The notes: generated from the letters alone by a model not told the origin. Numbered from the stretch's first letter, positions 37,625-46,675 are shown. The stretch: 64,000 nucleotides of DNA from an uncultured Saprospiraceae bacterium (GCA_964577215.1 CAZNYK010000002.1:9093-73092); one strand, 5' to 3'. A program made the numbers and translations.

Positions 37625-39127
37625 TCAGCCCTGGCGGCGCTGGCTTCTGATTTGCTCCGTGACAGGCGTTTTGTCCAAACGGCTGTTGATCCAGTACAAT
37701 GCCAGTTCGTCTAACCCCATGGAGACCTTGCCCGTCCCGGAAGCACGCAGCTCTTGTATATATGCGCGCCACTCCATCAACAACTTCTTTTCCTCAAGCG
37801 GCGACGACTGGGAGAGTTTCTTCGCAAAATCGAGCATGCGGTTCTCAAATCCCCCTTCTTTTCCCAGGCCGGCTTTGGAAAAATAGCGGTAAGTAGCTCT
37901 TAGTATCGATTCGAGCTGATCCACCTCCGCAAAACCGAATGCCGCCATGAGCTGCAATACCCAAGCCCCGCTCCTGATATCAGACCTTGCCCCCGATTTA
38001 TCCCGGATGAGTTTTTGCGCCCAATTGACGCAAGCCTTATAGCGCCCCTGGATAAAAAGCAAAATGGAAACGTTGATAATCAATGCATTGCGCGTACCCG
38101 ATTTGATCTCGTATTTTTCCAGCCCCTTCTCAAGTTCAGACACGAAGCGATCTACCCCTCCCGACTCTCCCATGTTGATGAGGTACATGAGCCGGTACAC
38201 TGCGGATTTCTGAAAAAGCAGGCTTCTGGCGTGCAGGCTTTCGGGTTCTTCCTGTTCCAACCGGTCCAGCACAGCAGGAATTCGCTGGTACTGCTCCTTC
38301 ACAGAATAGGCGTGAAGGAGATTTGAAACATCGATGATATAGAGATAAAAATCCTCTTTTTTGTATTTGGGGTACCTGTCCCACCAATCTACCACCTTGC
38401 TATAGTACTCGAAGACCTTGTCGAATTCGCCGAGCAGTTGATGGTACATAGCCATGCAAAGAAGATAGCGCCATTGGGTTTTGGCAGAATCCGCAGGTTC
38501 AGGCAAGCGGGTCAAGTGCGCAAAACGTTGCCTGAGCTTTTGCCTGTCGCCTTCAGCTTTCAATTCAAAGTGCTGCAGTATCTCCACGAAAAGCTCATCT
38601 GCCGTGTCTAAAAATTTTAGCTCCTGGCTGATGACCTCCATGCTCTTATCCTTTATCCTGATAAGAGCCTGCAATTCCTCCCGGTAATCTTTGCGCCGGA
38701 TGCTTTTTACCAAATGCCGCTTTTGAACATTGATCTCGAGCAGGGCAAATTGATCGTCTAATTCAACCGCCAACTCCCCCGCCTCTCCCAGCCGGCGCTC
38801 GGATTGGTCAAATAAACCGCGTTCGTAGAGAAAGCGGGCATCGAGCATCAACTCCTTGATCCGCGCAGATAGCGAGCGCGCGCTGTGATAATCGCGCATG
38901 CTGCGCATGATCGCCTCATACAGGTACGACTTATCTGAAGGCAAATTCCCTCCGAACCGCTCCCGCAAAATAGTTTCATCGTATTCGTCCATTTCGTTGA
39001 CGGCCTGAAACAATTCCAAATACCGGCTTCCCTTCCGGCCGCTCTTCTGCGCATCCAAGGTAAAGTACCGCTTCTCTGACCTGGAGAGCGCCTTGATGAG
39101 GTGAAAAAGGTCTTCCTTGTTCTTCAA
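37625..39127 (-). CDS. hypothetical all-helical (TPR-like) 500-aa protein, TTG start
   Basis: The only available start is TTG at 39127. The N-terminus KNKEDLFHLIKALSRSEKRYFTL is followed by a long helical-repeat-like sequence. No signal peptide or TM helix. Confidence 0.6.
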   Translation of the reverse strand: MKNKEDLFHLIKALSRSEKRYFTLDAQKSGRKGSRYLELFQAVNEMDEYDETILRERFGGNLPSDKSYLYEAIMRSMRDYHSARSLSARIKELMLDARFLYERGLFDQSERRLGEAGELAVELDDQFALLEINVQKRHLVKSIRRKDYREELQALIRIKDKSMEVISQELKFLDTADELFVEILQHFELKAEGDRQKLRQRFAHLTRLPEPADSAKTQWRYLLCMAMYHQLLGEFDKVFEYYSKVVDWWDRYPKYKKEDFYLYIIDVSNLLHAYSVKEQYQRIPAVLDRLEQEEPESLHARSLLFQKSAVYRLMYLINMGESGGVDRFVSELEKGLEKYEIKSGTRNALIINVSILLFIQGRYKACVNWAQKLIRDKSGARSDIRSGAWVLQLMAAFGFAEVDQLESILRATYRYFSKAGLGKEGGFENRMLDFAKKLSQSSPLEEKKLLMEWRAYIQELRASGTGKVSMGLDELALYWINSRLDKTPVTEQIRSQRRQG

Positions 39128-39210
39128 CCTGCTGCCATTTTCCCGGATTTGCGCCCGGTTTTGTTATTAAAAACTTAATTTCAGCGTAAAAAAAGAAAAA
39201 AATGCCCTCT

Positions 39211-39357
39211 TAGAAACCCAAATTTAAGAAAAAATAAAAATTACGTCATTGAAAAATTATTTCATATAACATTGTATTTAAGCAATTTAAAATCAAACTT
39301 GGTTTTCAAACTCAATTATTTCGCGTGAAAAACGAATTTTAGAAACCCAAACTTACG
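39211..39357. repeat. direct repeat pair TAGAAACCCAAAyTTAmG (39211-39228 and 39340-39357) in an AT-rich spacer
   Basis: 16 of 18 positions are identical. A second motif, AAAyTGGTTTT(TT)C, recurs at 39295, 39362 and 39434. Confidence 0.6.
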
Positions 39358-39392
39358 CCTCAAACTGGTTTTTTCAGAGCATTAGGAGGGTG

Positions 39393-39400
39393 TAAATTTG
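39393..39400 (+). promoter_or_regulatory. candidate -7 box TAAATTTG
   Basis: Exact TAnnTTTG match. The upstream -33 position reads TTTC rather than TTTG. Confidence 0.3.
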
Positions 39401-39404
39401 TACC

Positions 39405-39518
39405 AGTGATCGAAAGGATTGCAAAAGAAATTGAAATCTGGTTTTTTCTGTCTATCTGTCCTTAATTTCAAGACTCACTTAGCAGATGCCGGGCAGTGCA
39501 ACACTGTCCGGTATTTTT
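39405..39518 (+). ncRNA. candidate small RNA (about 110 nt) bounded by a -7 box and an intrinsic terminator
   Basis: No ORF of 60 aa or more on either strand here. Promoter-like box at 39393-39400 and a strong terminator at 39489-39518. The 5' end is a guess. Confidence 0.3.
39489..39518 (+). terminator. rho-independent terminator
   Basis: CCGGGCAGTG-CAA-CACTGTCCGG (10 bp, one G-U) followed by TATTTTT. Confidence 0.65.
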
Positions 39519-39578
39519 ACTTGAAATCCGGACCCTCATACTATGAAAAAACACTTAGTTCATAGGGCAATTCGGAGC

Positions 39579-39609
39579 GCTCTGCCGCCACAAGGCCGGC
39601 AGAGCTTTT
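39579..39609 (+). terminator. terminator-like hairpin
   Basis: GCTCTGCCG / CGGCAGAGC form a 9-bp stem followed by TTTTG. Confidence 0.4.
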
Positions 39610-39816
39610 GCCCTGAACGGTGCATAAAGAACGCAGCAGCTGTACCAACTTCAAGAGCACTTCAAAGCAAAATTGCGTTCGAGCGAATAAACGGAAGACA
39701 GGGTGTTTGACTTTGGCAGGGCCGCTCCTCGCTATGCGCGGGGCGGCTCTAAGCCAACCCAACCATCCTGGGCTCTCCCAACACGGAGATAAGTAGATAG
39801 TTGCTATTATTCCGGG

Positions 39817-39855
39817 CCGGGTGGCGGTAAAAGAATTGCCGCCCGGTTTTCTTTC
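39817..39855 (+). terminator. terminator-like hairpin
   Basis: CCGGGTGGC / GCCGCCCGG (one G-U pair) followed by TTTTCTTTC. Confidence 0.5.
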
Positions 39856-39971
39856 TCCCCGGCAACTATCGAACAAGACATAGCCGGTTCATACCGGCCG
39901 CGAACAATTTGTTATTAGCAAGAAACCCCGAAAAACCATTTGAGAACAAACGAGGAATTCTGAATTACTTG

Positions 39972-40010
39972 CGGTTTGCAAATCTGGTCATTTGCAAACC
40001 GTTTGTTTTT
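39972..40010 (+). terminator. rho-independent terminator-like hairpin 80 nt upstream of the CHAT gene ATG
   Basis: Perfect 11-bp stem CGGTTTGCAAA / TTTGCAAACCG with an 8-nt loop, followed by TTTGTTTTT. Confidence 0.6.
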
Positions 40011-40090
40011 CTAACCCCTTCATCTGCCAAGTACCGGCAACAATGCGCCATTGTACGTCGTTAGAAAAAAGCGTTCCAAATGCCCGTTTC

Positions 40091-42544
40091 ATGTATCCAA
40101 TCTCGTGGCGCCTCTCCTGCGCCGTCCTGCTCCTTAGCGGTTTTTCGTTTTCACTGAGCGCATCAGTGGATTCAATACCTGTGACGCCTGTTCAGGCTCT
40201 TGAATTGTTTTTTCCATCCCCGCATTGCCGGGATGATAACCTCAGGAAGGAATATTTAGAAAAAGTACGGCAAGACTCAACCATTACAGACACAACCCAA
40301 CACACTGATCTTTCCGCATTCAAAGAATTGGCTGAAATTTACCTGGAAACCGGAGAATACGCATGCGCTTTAGCCCTCCTGGAACAGTACCGGGCGCTCA
40401 GCATGAAACAAAAGGACTATATCGGGGCTGCAACAGCCTACTACGATATGGCAACCGTGTTGATGGGGCAAGGCAAAATTCAACCGGCCTTGGAAAACCT
40501 GCGGAAAGCGCTGCAATTGCCCGGGTTGAATACCGCCATACTTGCCGCCATCCATACTGCACTGCAAAAAGCATACCGGCTTCGCGACAATTCCAGCAGC
40601 GCACTGATCCACGGACGACTCGCCGCGCAGTTTTACCGGCGTTGTGCAAGCGGCGGCAATACGGAATGCAATACAGGCCTCGCTTACGTACTGGCTGAAA
40701 ACGGCGCTATCCAAACAGAAAAAGGCAACCTTCGCGATGCGCGTAAACTGATCGAGGAAGCCCACGCACTGCTGAAATCAACTTTTCCCAATGAAACCCG
40801 CCCGGAATTTAGCATCGTCTTTCTGCGTTTGGGCCAATTGTATCATAAGTGGGGAGAATATGAAGAGGCCTTGCGAAGATACCAGCGGGCATTGCTAAAC
40901 GCTGCTCCGGGATTTAAAGAAAGCGACTATCGCATTAACCCCAGGCCGGAATCATTTGCAGACGGCATAGTTGCCGAAGCGGCCCTTCATGGGAAAGCGG
41001 AAGCATTTCGGGATTGGTACCGGAAAAACAAACGGCCGGAAATGCTGGAACGCGCCTCCGCCTGTTATGAAGCAGGCTACCGCGTCGCTTTGCTTCGGGA
41101 GCGATCTCCCGGGCTCCGGTCTAATGCGTTTCCGGACATTGTTTCCCGAAAAGATTATGATCAAAACGCTATTGAAACCGTATTGCAACTGGCTCAAATT
41201 ACGGCAAACCCCTCTGTAAAAGAACGCGCTTTCGCTTTCGCCGAATACAGCCGGAACCTGATTTGGGCCGAAATCAACCATGTGGAATCCATTCCAGATC
41301 CTCCCGGGAAAGCAATGCAGGCATCTCTCCCGGACGCCTCGGGGTGGAGCATACCCGTAAAGATCCTGCAAACAGAATTGCTGGCTAAAGACCAAGCCTT
41401 ACTGGAGTACATACCCGGAACAGACAAATTGTTCATTTTCGTGGTTACACAAAGTCGTTTTGAGGTTTTGACCCTGCCTTTGGATTTCCCATTGGACAAT
41501 TGGGTGCAACAACTCCGGCACGATATAGAGAACTACCCCCGCGACGGATCAGACAAGAGGGCGCTCTGCGCCAGTTACACTGCACAGGCCCTTCGCCTTT
41601 ATCAAAAATTGGTGCTCCCCGCCGAGCAGGCTTTTTCGCTTCCGAAAAGGCTCTGCATAATACCCCCAGGAACCTTGGCGCAGTTGCCTTTTGAAGCGCT
41701 GCTGACAGACGCTCCCGCGATGGCCTGCGATTTTAAAAACTATCCCTATCTGCTGCGGCGGTATCATATCGGCTATGGTTTTTCAGCAGGAATGCAATAC
41801 CATTTGGCGTTTACAGACCGGCCAACCGGTTCGGGCTACCTTGGTTTGGGACCCGTTTTCGAAGGGAGGGACGGCATAGATCCTTTGGAACGAAATCTTC
41901 ATATGCTGGACGCTGCTCAAAGCATTTTGGGCGGCAAGTTACTCCTCCGGGATGAGGCTACTGCTGCCAATTTCAGGCAAAAAGCCGGCCGTTACGGCAT
42001 CCTCCACATAGCTGCCCCTGCTCAGTCTTTTTTCAAGGATGAAGAAAACACCGCATTCCTCATCCTTGCCGACGGCGAAGGAGGCTACGACTCGCTCTTT
42101 CTGAAAGATATCAGGGACATCCCACTAAAAGCAGATTTGACGATTCTGAGCTATTGCAGGGTAGAATCTCCTCACGGCGAAGAATTTATGCCTGTTGGGA
42201 GCCCCTTCCTCCAAGCAGGGGCAAGGAGTTTGCTGCCCTCTCTTTGGCCAACAGGCAATGCGGAAGCGCTCGCATTATTGTTCCTGGAAAAAATCCGGGC
42301 AGGAAAGTTGAAAGACGAAGCACTTTGGGAAGCAAAAATTCATGGCTTGGAAAATGGCGATCCCAACTTTGCTCATCCGGCATATTGGGCAGGCGCCCTG
42401 CTTTTCGGCGATGCAGGGATTTATGAAGGAAAGCCGAAGCCTGATTATTTGGTTTGGATCGGCGGTATTTGCATTCTATTGGTTGGATTGAGTTCCTATT
42501 ACCTGGGGAAGAGAAGGCGCGAAGGAAACAGATCAAGCAGGTAA
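40091..42544 (+). CDS. exported TPR-repeat / CHAT (caspase-like) domain protein with C-terminal TM anchor
   Basis: Signal peptide MYPISWRLSCAVLLLSGFSFSLSA at ATG 40091. TPR-like helices in the N-terminal half. The C-terminal CHAT-like region has candidate His (GILHIAAPA) and Cys (LTILSYCRV). Terminal TM helix WIGGICILLVGLSSYYL plus a basic tail. Confidence 0.75.
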   Translation: MYPISWRLSCAVLLLSGFSFSLSASVDSIPVTPVQALELFFPSPHCRDDNLRKEYLEKVRQDSTITDTTQHTDLSAFKELAEIYLETGEYACALALLEQYRALSMKQKDYIGAATAYYDMATVLMGQGKIQPALENLRKALQLPGLNTAILAAIHTALQKAYRLRDNSSSALIHGRLAAQFYRRCASGGNTECNTGLAYVLAENGAIQTEKGNLRDARKLIEEAHALLKSTFPNETRPEFSIVFLRLGQLYHKWGEYEEALRRYQRALLNAAPGFKESDYRINPRPESFADGIVAEAALHGKAEAFRDWYRKNKRPEMLERASACYEAGYRVALLRERSPGLRSNAFPDIVSRKDYDQNAIETVLQLAQITANPSVKERAFAFAEYSRNLIWAEINHVESIPDPPGKAMQASLPDASGWSIPVKILQTELLAKDQALLEYIPGTDKLFIFVVTQSRFEVLTLPLDFPLDNWVQQLRHDIENYPRDGSDKRALCASYTAQALRLYQKLVLPAEQAFSLPKRLCIIPPGTLAQLPFEALLTDAPAMACDFKNYPYLLRRYHIGYGFSAGMQYHLAFTDRPTGSGYLGLGPVFEGRDGIDPLERNLHMLDAAQSILGGKLLLRDEATAANFRQKAGRYGILHIAAPAQSFFKDEENTAFLILADGEGGYDSLFLKDIRDIPLKADLTILSYCRVESPHGEEFMPVGSPFLQAGARSLLPSLWPTGNAEALALLFLEKIRAGKLKDEALWEAKIHGLENGDPNFAHPAYWAGALLFGDAGIYEGKPKPDYLVWIGGICILLVGLSSYYLGKRRREGNRSSR

Positions 42545-43069
42545 ACAGCACTTCGCCAATGCCAGATAATCCGGCCTGTCGGAAGAAAGCTTGTGGATAA
42601 AACTGCCCCGTACCTCGCCTTCCTGCAGGATAAAAATACCCGGCATCTGGAACCCGTCACCCAACTCGGCCCCATAACCGTTGCCTTCCAGAACGGAGGA
42701 TTGAAATCCCCTTATCCAGGAACGAAGACCGTACAACTGGCGGAAGCTGCCTTTTACCAAACCGAAGGCGGCATAATACTGGCACATCGGATCGCTGATG
42801 TGCTCGGCGCCGTGAAGGCCGAATCGCTGGAAGAAAGGCTCTGCTGTATCAGAATCCGTCATGTGTACAAATATGATTTTCAGCCCTAAGCGCTCAATAT
42901 CTTCTCGCAAATCAGAAATATCAGATAAAGCCTCCCTGCAAAAGGTACATCCGAAATGGCGCAGAAAAATGAGCATGACCGGCCGGGTTTCTGTAATCTC
43001 GCGCAGCGATACGCCCCGGTTGGTTATCATGGAGTCCATTACTCCTGGTTCACTCAAGACAAATTCCAT
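42533..43069 (-). CDS. peroxiredoxin-like / thioredoxin-fold protein (AhpC/TSA_2-type)
   Basis: LIFLRHFGCTFCRE CxxC block and a length of 178 aa. The 3' end overlaps the CHAT gene 3' end by 12 nt. Confidence 0.65.
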   Translation of the reverse strand: MEFVLSEPGVMDSMITNRGVSLREITETRPVMLIFLRHFGCTFCREALSDISDLREDIERLGLKIIFVHMTDSDTAEPFFQRFGLHGAEHISDPMCQYYAAFGLVKGSFRQLYGLRSWIRGFQSSVLEGNGYGAELGDGFQMPGIFILQEGEVRGSFIHKLSSDRPDYLALAKCCLPA

Positions 43070-43147
43070 CAGGACTTTGATTGTTTAGACCATTTCAAAA
43101 CAAAGCCTGAAGGGTAAAGTTCACAGGGAATTTGTCGCCGCCAAGGC

Positions 43148-43190
43148 AGAAAAAAACATAAAATCGGCCTGCCCGCATCCCGGACAGACC
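43148..43190 (-). terminator. rho-independent terminator after the DUF4870-like gene
   Basis: Minus strand reads GGTCTGTCCG-GGATG-CGGGCAGGCC (two G-U pairs) followed by GATTTTATGTTTTTTTC. Confidence 0.55.
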
Positions 43191-43242
43191 GATTTAATTA
43201 TTGTGTTACCAACGGCATTTCGCCAGTATTTTATTCCAATGA

Positions 43243-43587
43243 TCAAAGAGTCTTAAACCACTCCTGGAACTTGGCTCCCAATACAGGCACGACCTTTTGC
43301 TCGCCCTGTATCGCACTGATAAGGCCCATGATCCACATGACAAACGCCAAGACATAACCGATGAGACCTGCTATCCAGCCCAAAACCGGAATAATAAATA
43401 CGAACCCGGAAAGTATCGCTGTAAGCAATACGCCCAGAGCCTGGCGGACATGGAAGGAACCATGTTCGGTCTTGGGATTGTTGAGCACTAAGGCTACTAT
43501 CCAGCCAATGAGGGTTATGTAAGAAACGATACCCACAACTTTAGGATCGGTGCCACCGGAAGAGATCGGGTTGCCGGAATTTTCCAT
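43243..43587 (-). CDS. small membrane protein, DUF4870-like
   Basis: Start at ATG 43587 (MENSGNPISSGG...). Three hydrophobic helices and FHVRQALGVLL, as in DUF4870 proteins. Confidence 0.5.
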   Translation of the reverse strand: MENSGNPISSGGTDPKVVGIVSYITLIGWIVALVLNNPKTEHGSFHVRQALGVLLTAILSGFVFIIPVLGWIAGLIGYVLAFVMWIMGLISAIQGEQKVVPVLGAKFQEWFKTL

Positions 43588-43710
43588 TGTTTTCAAGTTT
43601 TGGTGATTGATTAATAGTTCAAAGTTAGAAAGATTATGAATACGTCTTGCAAAATGAGCGGATATTTTCGAGTAACCCCCTCTATCCATCGACTACAGCC
43701 ACCGCCTTTC

Positions 43711-46578
43711 TCATTCTATTGACAGTTTGGTCTTTTCCGATTTCCCATCTTTTTCCACGGTTACAATATAGACGCCCCTGTAGATATGAGTTTTCCCGTT
43801 TGGAGCCTGCTTTACCGCAATGGGCTTCTCATCCGGCTTTACTTTTTCATTGAGCAACTTATTGTATTCCGAAAGTATTTTTTCGTCAATAGTCATATCC
43901 CAAACAGGATAATTCAGCCCTTTTGCCGCCCGAGCCTCCCACTGACGAAGCAACAGGCCGCTCTCTGTGGCGACTGATATACGGATTTTTCCTTCAGTGC
44001 GGGCATAAACCGGTATGGGGAGAGAGGGTCCTTCTGAAGTCCACCAACCCACCGCACCCCAACGCGGGCTGAAACGCCTTTTTTCAATATCGAATACGAT
44101 GAGGTCTTTGGCCAGGTTCTCCAAAGTGAGTTGTTGCAATTCTTTTACGCTGCCGAGGTACAAAGAGCGACCGTGTGTGCCAACCAACAATTCTGCATCC
44201 CGGGGATGCACCACTACATCGTGCACAGGCACTGCAGGGATTCCATTGTTGAGCAACATAAACGACCCGCCCCTGTCGAGGGACACATACAAGCCATGAT
44301 CGGTGCCCGCATAGAGCAAATCAGGGTTGAGCGGGTCTTCGCGCACTACGTTCAGCGGTTCCATGGGAAGGTCGGAGCCGATCTTTTTCCATGTTCCCCC
44401 GTAGTCATCGCTTACATATAAATAAGGATCGAAATGATCCCAGCGGTAGCCGTTGAGGCTCAGGTACACCCTGCTTTCAGAATGCGCCGAAGCGATAACC
44501 CTGCTTACCCACATATCCTTGGGCAATCCTGCCGAGATATTGATCCAGCTTACTCCTCCATCGCGGGTCACAAATACCATGCCGTCATCGGAACCTGTGT
44601 AAATGAGGCCGAACCTCAGGGGCGATTCAGCAATCGAAGTAAGAGTGCCGTAGGGAACATCCCCTTTTCGTCCGCCATGGGTAAGGTCGGGGGAGATCGG
44701 CTGAAAATCATTGCCCTGGTTGAAGGAACGATAAAGGCGGTTGGCGCCCATGTAAAGGATGTCCTGGTTATGAGAGGAAATATGGATAGGAGTCTGCCAG
44801 TTCCACCGCAGTGGCGGCTCCCCAAGTTCGTGTTTGGGCGTAATGTACTTCCGCTCGCCGGTTTTGGTATGGATGCGGAAATAGTTGCCGAACTGAAATC
44901 CGGTATATACCGTTGCGTTATCGCGGGTATCCACCGCTACTTGCATGCCGTCGCCGCCGAGCAGGGGCTTATAGGGATACTGCCCGCTGTCGTGCCATCC
45001 GACACTTGCCTTATAGGTGGAAGGCCCGTACCACACGCCGTTGTCTTGCAGGCCGCCGTACACATTATAGGGTTTGGCCATGTCCACAGTTACGGCGTAA
45101 AATTGTCCCACCGCCGGGGTGTTGCACTTGATCCATGTTTCGCCGTCATCATAGGAAATATTCAGCCCGCCATCGTTGCCGAGAATCAGATGTCCGGGGC
45201 GGCGCGGATTAATCCATAGCGCATGATGATCGGCGTGCACATTATCGCCGTTCACAGAGCGAAAAGTGCGCCCTCCATCATCGGAGCGAATAACCGGCAC
45301 GCCTAAGAGGAAAATCTTATCCGCGTCGTATGGCGCCACCCTGATCTGGCCGAAATAGTAACCATAGGAACTGTAAAGTCCGTCGATGAGGTCCTTGTGG
45401 GTGCGCCTCCAGGAACGTCCGTCGTCGTCGGAGCGGTACACTTCCAGGCCGATCACCTCGGAACTTAGTAAAACCGCGTTGGCATCCTCTACGTATTCCA
45501 CTAATGCAACCGGCTTTATCCGGCCGCTTTTCACCATTTCGATGATCTTGTCAGGGCTGTATTTTTCGGGAAAACCCCTTGAAGAAAGGTAATCCTTGAT
45601 CTTGTACCTGGGAAGTTGCAAAAATGCTTCCTTGCTCATTTCCCTGAGCATATCCACCGTAAGGACATCTTCGTCATCCTCCTTTTCAGGGCGAAGATTA
45701 TAGTTGTCAATAGCGGCGAAGAGCACGTTTTTCCCTCCTGATTTCACCATGGAAAGGCCGATGCGACCGGCGCCCGGCCCGGAGGGAAATCCTGCGGAGG
45801 GAAGCCGGTTCCACTTTTCACCCCCATCGGTGCTTTTGTATAATCCACTCCCGGGGCCGGCCTCCACAAAATTCCAGGAACGGCGTTCGCGTTCCCAGGT
45901 GGCGGCATATAGCACTTTGGCGTTGGAAGGGTCGATTAGCAGGTCTATTGCACCTGTATTTTCATTGACGTACAGCACTTTGCGCCAGGTTTTACCGCCG
46001 TCTGCCGTTTTGTAAACGCCGCGTTCCGGGTTGGGGGAATACAGGTGACCCAGAACGGCTACCCAGGCGGTATTGGGGTCAGAGGGATGCAGTACAATCC
46101 GGCCGATGTGATGGCTTTCGCCGAGGCCGAGGTGCTGCCAGCTTTCCCCTCCATCGGTGCTTTTAAAAATCCCGGCGCCTGCATAGGAGGAGCGGCTGGA
46201 ATTGACTTCGCCCGTACCAACCCAGATGATATTGCGCTGCCAGTTGACGGCTATGTCTCCTATGGTCATCACCATTTCCTCATCAAAAAGGGGCCGGAAA
46301 GAAGTGCCGTTGTTTTCCGTTTTCCACAACCCGCCGGAAGCATAGGCAACGTAGAAATGGCTGGGGTCCGTGGGAGACACATCCAATTCAGCTACGCGCC
46401 CGCTCATTACGGCTGGGCCGATGCTGCGAAAAGGAATCCCATTGGCGATTGACGAGGACTCCAATTTTTTGCGCTGTTCGAAAGAGCGAATGCGGTCGGC
46501 GGCAGGGGTGTGAGAAGGTTGGGCGAAGGTCACATGACCAAACACTGCCGCAAAAAGGAAGACCAATAGACGATTCAT
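43711..46578 (-). CDS. BNR/Asp-box repeat protein, sortilin/VPS10-like (annotated in relatives as glycosyl hydrolase)
   Basis: Signal peptide MNRLLVFLFAAVFGHVTFAQ (ATG 46578). At least nine Asp-box repeats (STDGGESW, TADGGKTW, STDGGEKW, SDDDGRSW, SDDGGRTF, SYDDGETW, TRDGGVSW, SDDYGGTW, SLDRGGSF). Confidence 0.85.
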   Translation of the reverse strand: MNRLLVFLFAAVFGHVTFAQPSHTPAADRIRSFEQRKKLESSSIANGIPFRSIGPAVMSGRVAELDVSPTDPSHFYVAYASGGLWKTENNGTSFRPLFDEEMVMTIGDIAVNWQRNIIWVGTGEVNSSRSSYAGAGIFKSTDGGESWQHLGLGESHHIGRIVLHPSDPNTAWVAVLGHLYSPNPERGVYKTADGGKTWRKVLYVNENTGAIDLLIDPSNAKVLYAATWERERRSWNFVEAGPGSGLYKSTDGGEKWNRLPSAGFPSGPGAGRIGLSMVKSGGKNVLFAAIDNYNLRPEKEDDEDVLTVDMLREMSKEAFLQLPRYKIKDYLSSRGFPEKYSPDKIIEMVKSGRIKPVALVEYVEDANAVLLSSEVIGLEVYRSDDDGRSWRRTHKDLIDGLYSSYGYYFGQIRVAPYDADKIFLLGVPVIRSDDGGRTFRSVNGDNVHADHHALWINPRRPGHLILGNDGGLNISYDDGETWIKCNTPAVGQFYAVTVDMAKPYNVYGGLQDNGVWYGPSTYKASVGWHDSGQYPYKPLLGGDGMQVAVDTRDNATVYTGFQFGNYFRIHTKTGERKYITPKHELGEPPLRWNWQTPIHISSHNQDILYMGANRLYRSFNQGNDFQPISPDLTHGGRKGDVPYGTLTSIAESPLRFGLIYTGSDDGMVFVTRDGGVSWINISAGLPKDMWVSRVIASAHSESRVYLSLNGYRWDHFDPYLYVSDDYGGTWKKIGSDLPMEPLNVVREDPLNPDLLYAGTDHGLYVSLDRGGSFMLLNNGIPAVPVHDVVVHPRDAELLVGTHGRSLYLGSVKELQQLTLENLAKDLIVFDIEKRRFSPRWGAVGWWTSEGPSLPIPVYARTEGKIRISVATESGLLLRQWEARAAKGLNYPVWDMTIDEKILSEYNKLLNEKVKPDEKPIAVKQAPNGKTHIYRGVYIVTVEKDGKSEKTKLSIE

Positions 46579-46675
46579 CGGTAATTGTGTTGGTTTTACC
46601 GACAAACCTAAAAATAAAAATGGAAATCGGATGCAGCGGGAGAAGAAAACATCCGCCGCACTTTACCAACTGTAT

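Noticed and set aside
39181-39480. Possible CRISPR array or IS end suggested by the repeats in the AT-rich block
   Set aside because: There are only two copies of the 18-mer and three of a 13-mer, with irregular spacing. There is no repeat-spacer periodicity, no terminal inverted repeats and no transposase or cas genes anywhere in the window.
39543-39710. 55-codon + strand ORF (MKKHLVHRAIRSALPPQGRQSFCPERC...)
   Set aside because: No signal peptide or leader-peptide features (for example, no GG-type bacteriocin leader). It runs through a terminator-like hairpin, and I could not support it.
39541-39876. 111-aa minus-strand ORF in the long intergenic region
   Set aside because: Arg/Trp/Cys/Pro-rich with no motifs. 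It is crossed by several + strand hairpins and looks like a chance frame in structured non-coding DNA. This cannot be fully excluded without homology or ribosome-profiling data.
39540-40010. tmRNA, RNase P RNA, SRP RNA, tRNA or known riboswitch in the structured spacer
   Set aside because: I looked for GGTTCGAATCC-type T-arms, a tmRNA tag reading frame, the RNase P GAGGAAAGTCC box, the SRP GGAAG/AGCA motif and a B12 box, and found none. An Infernal scan is still needed.
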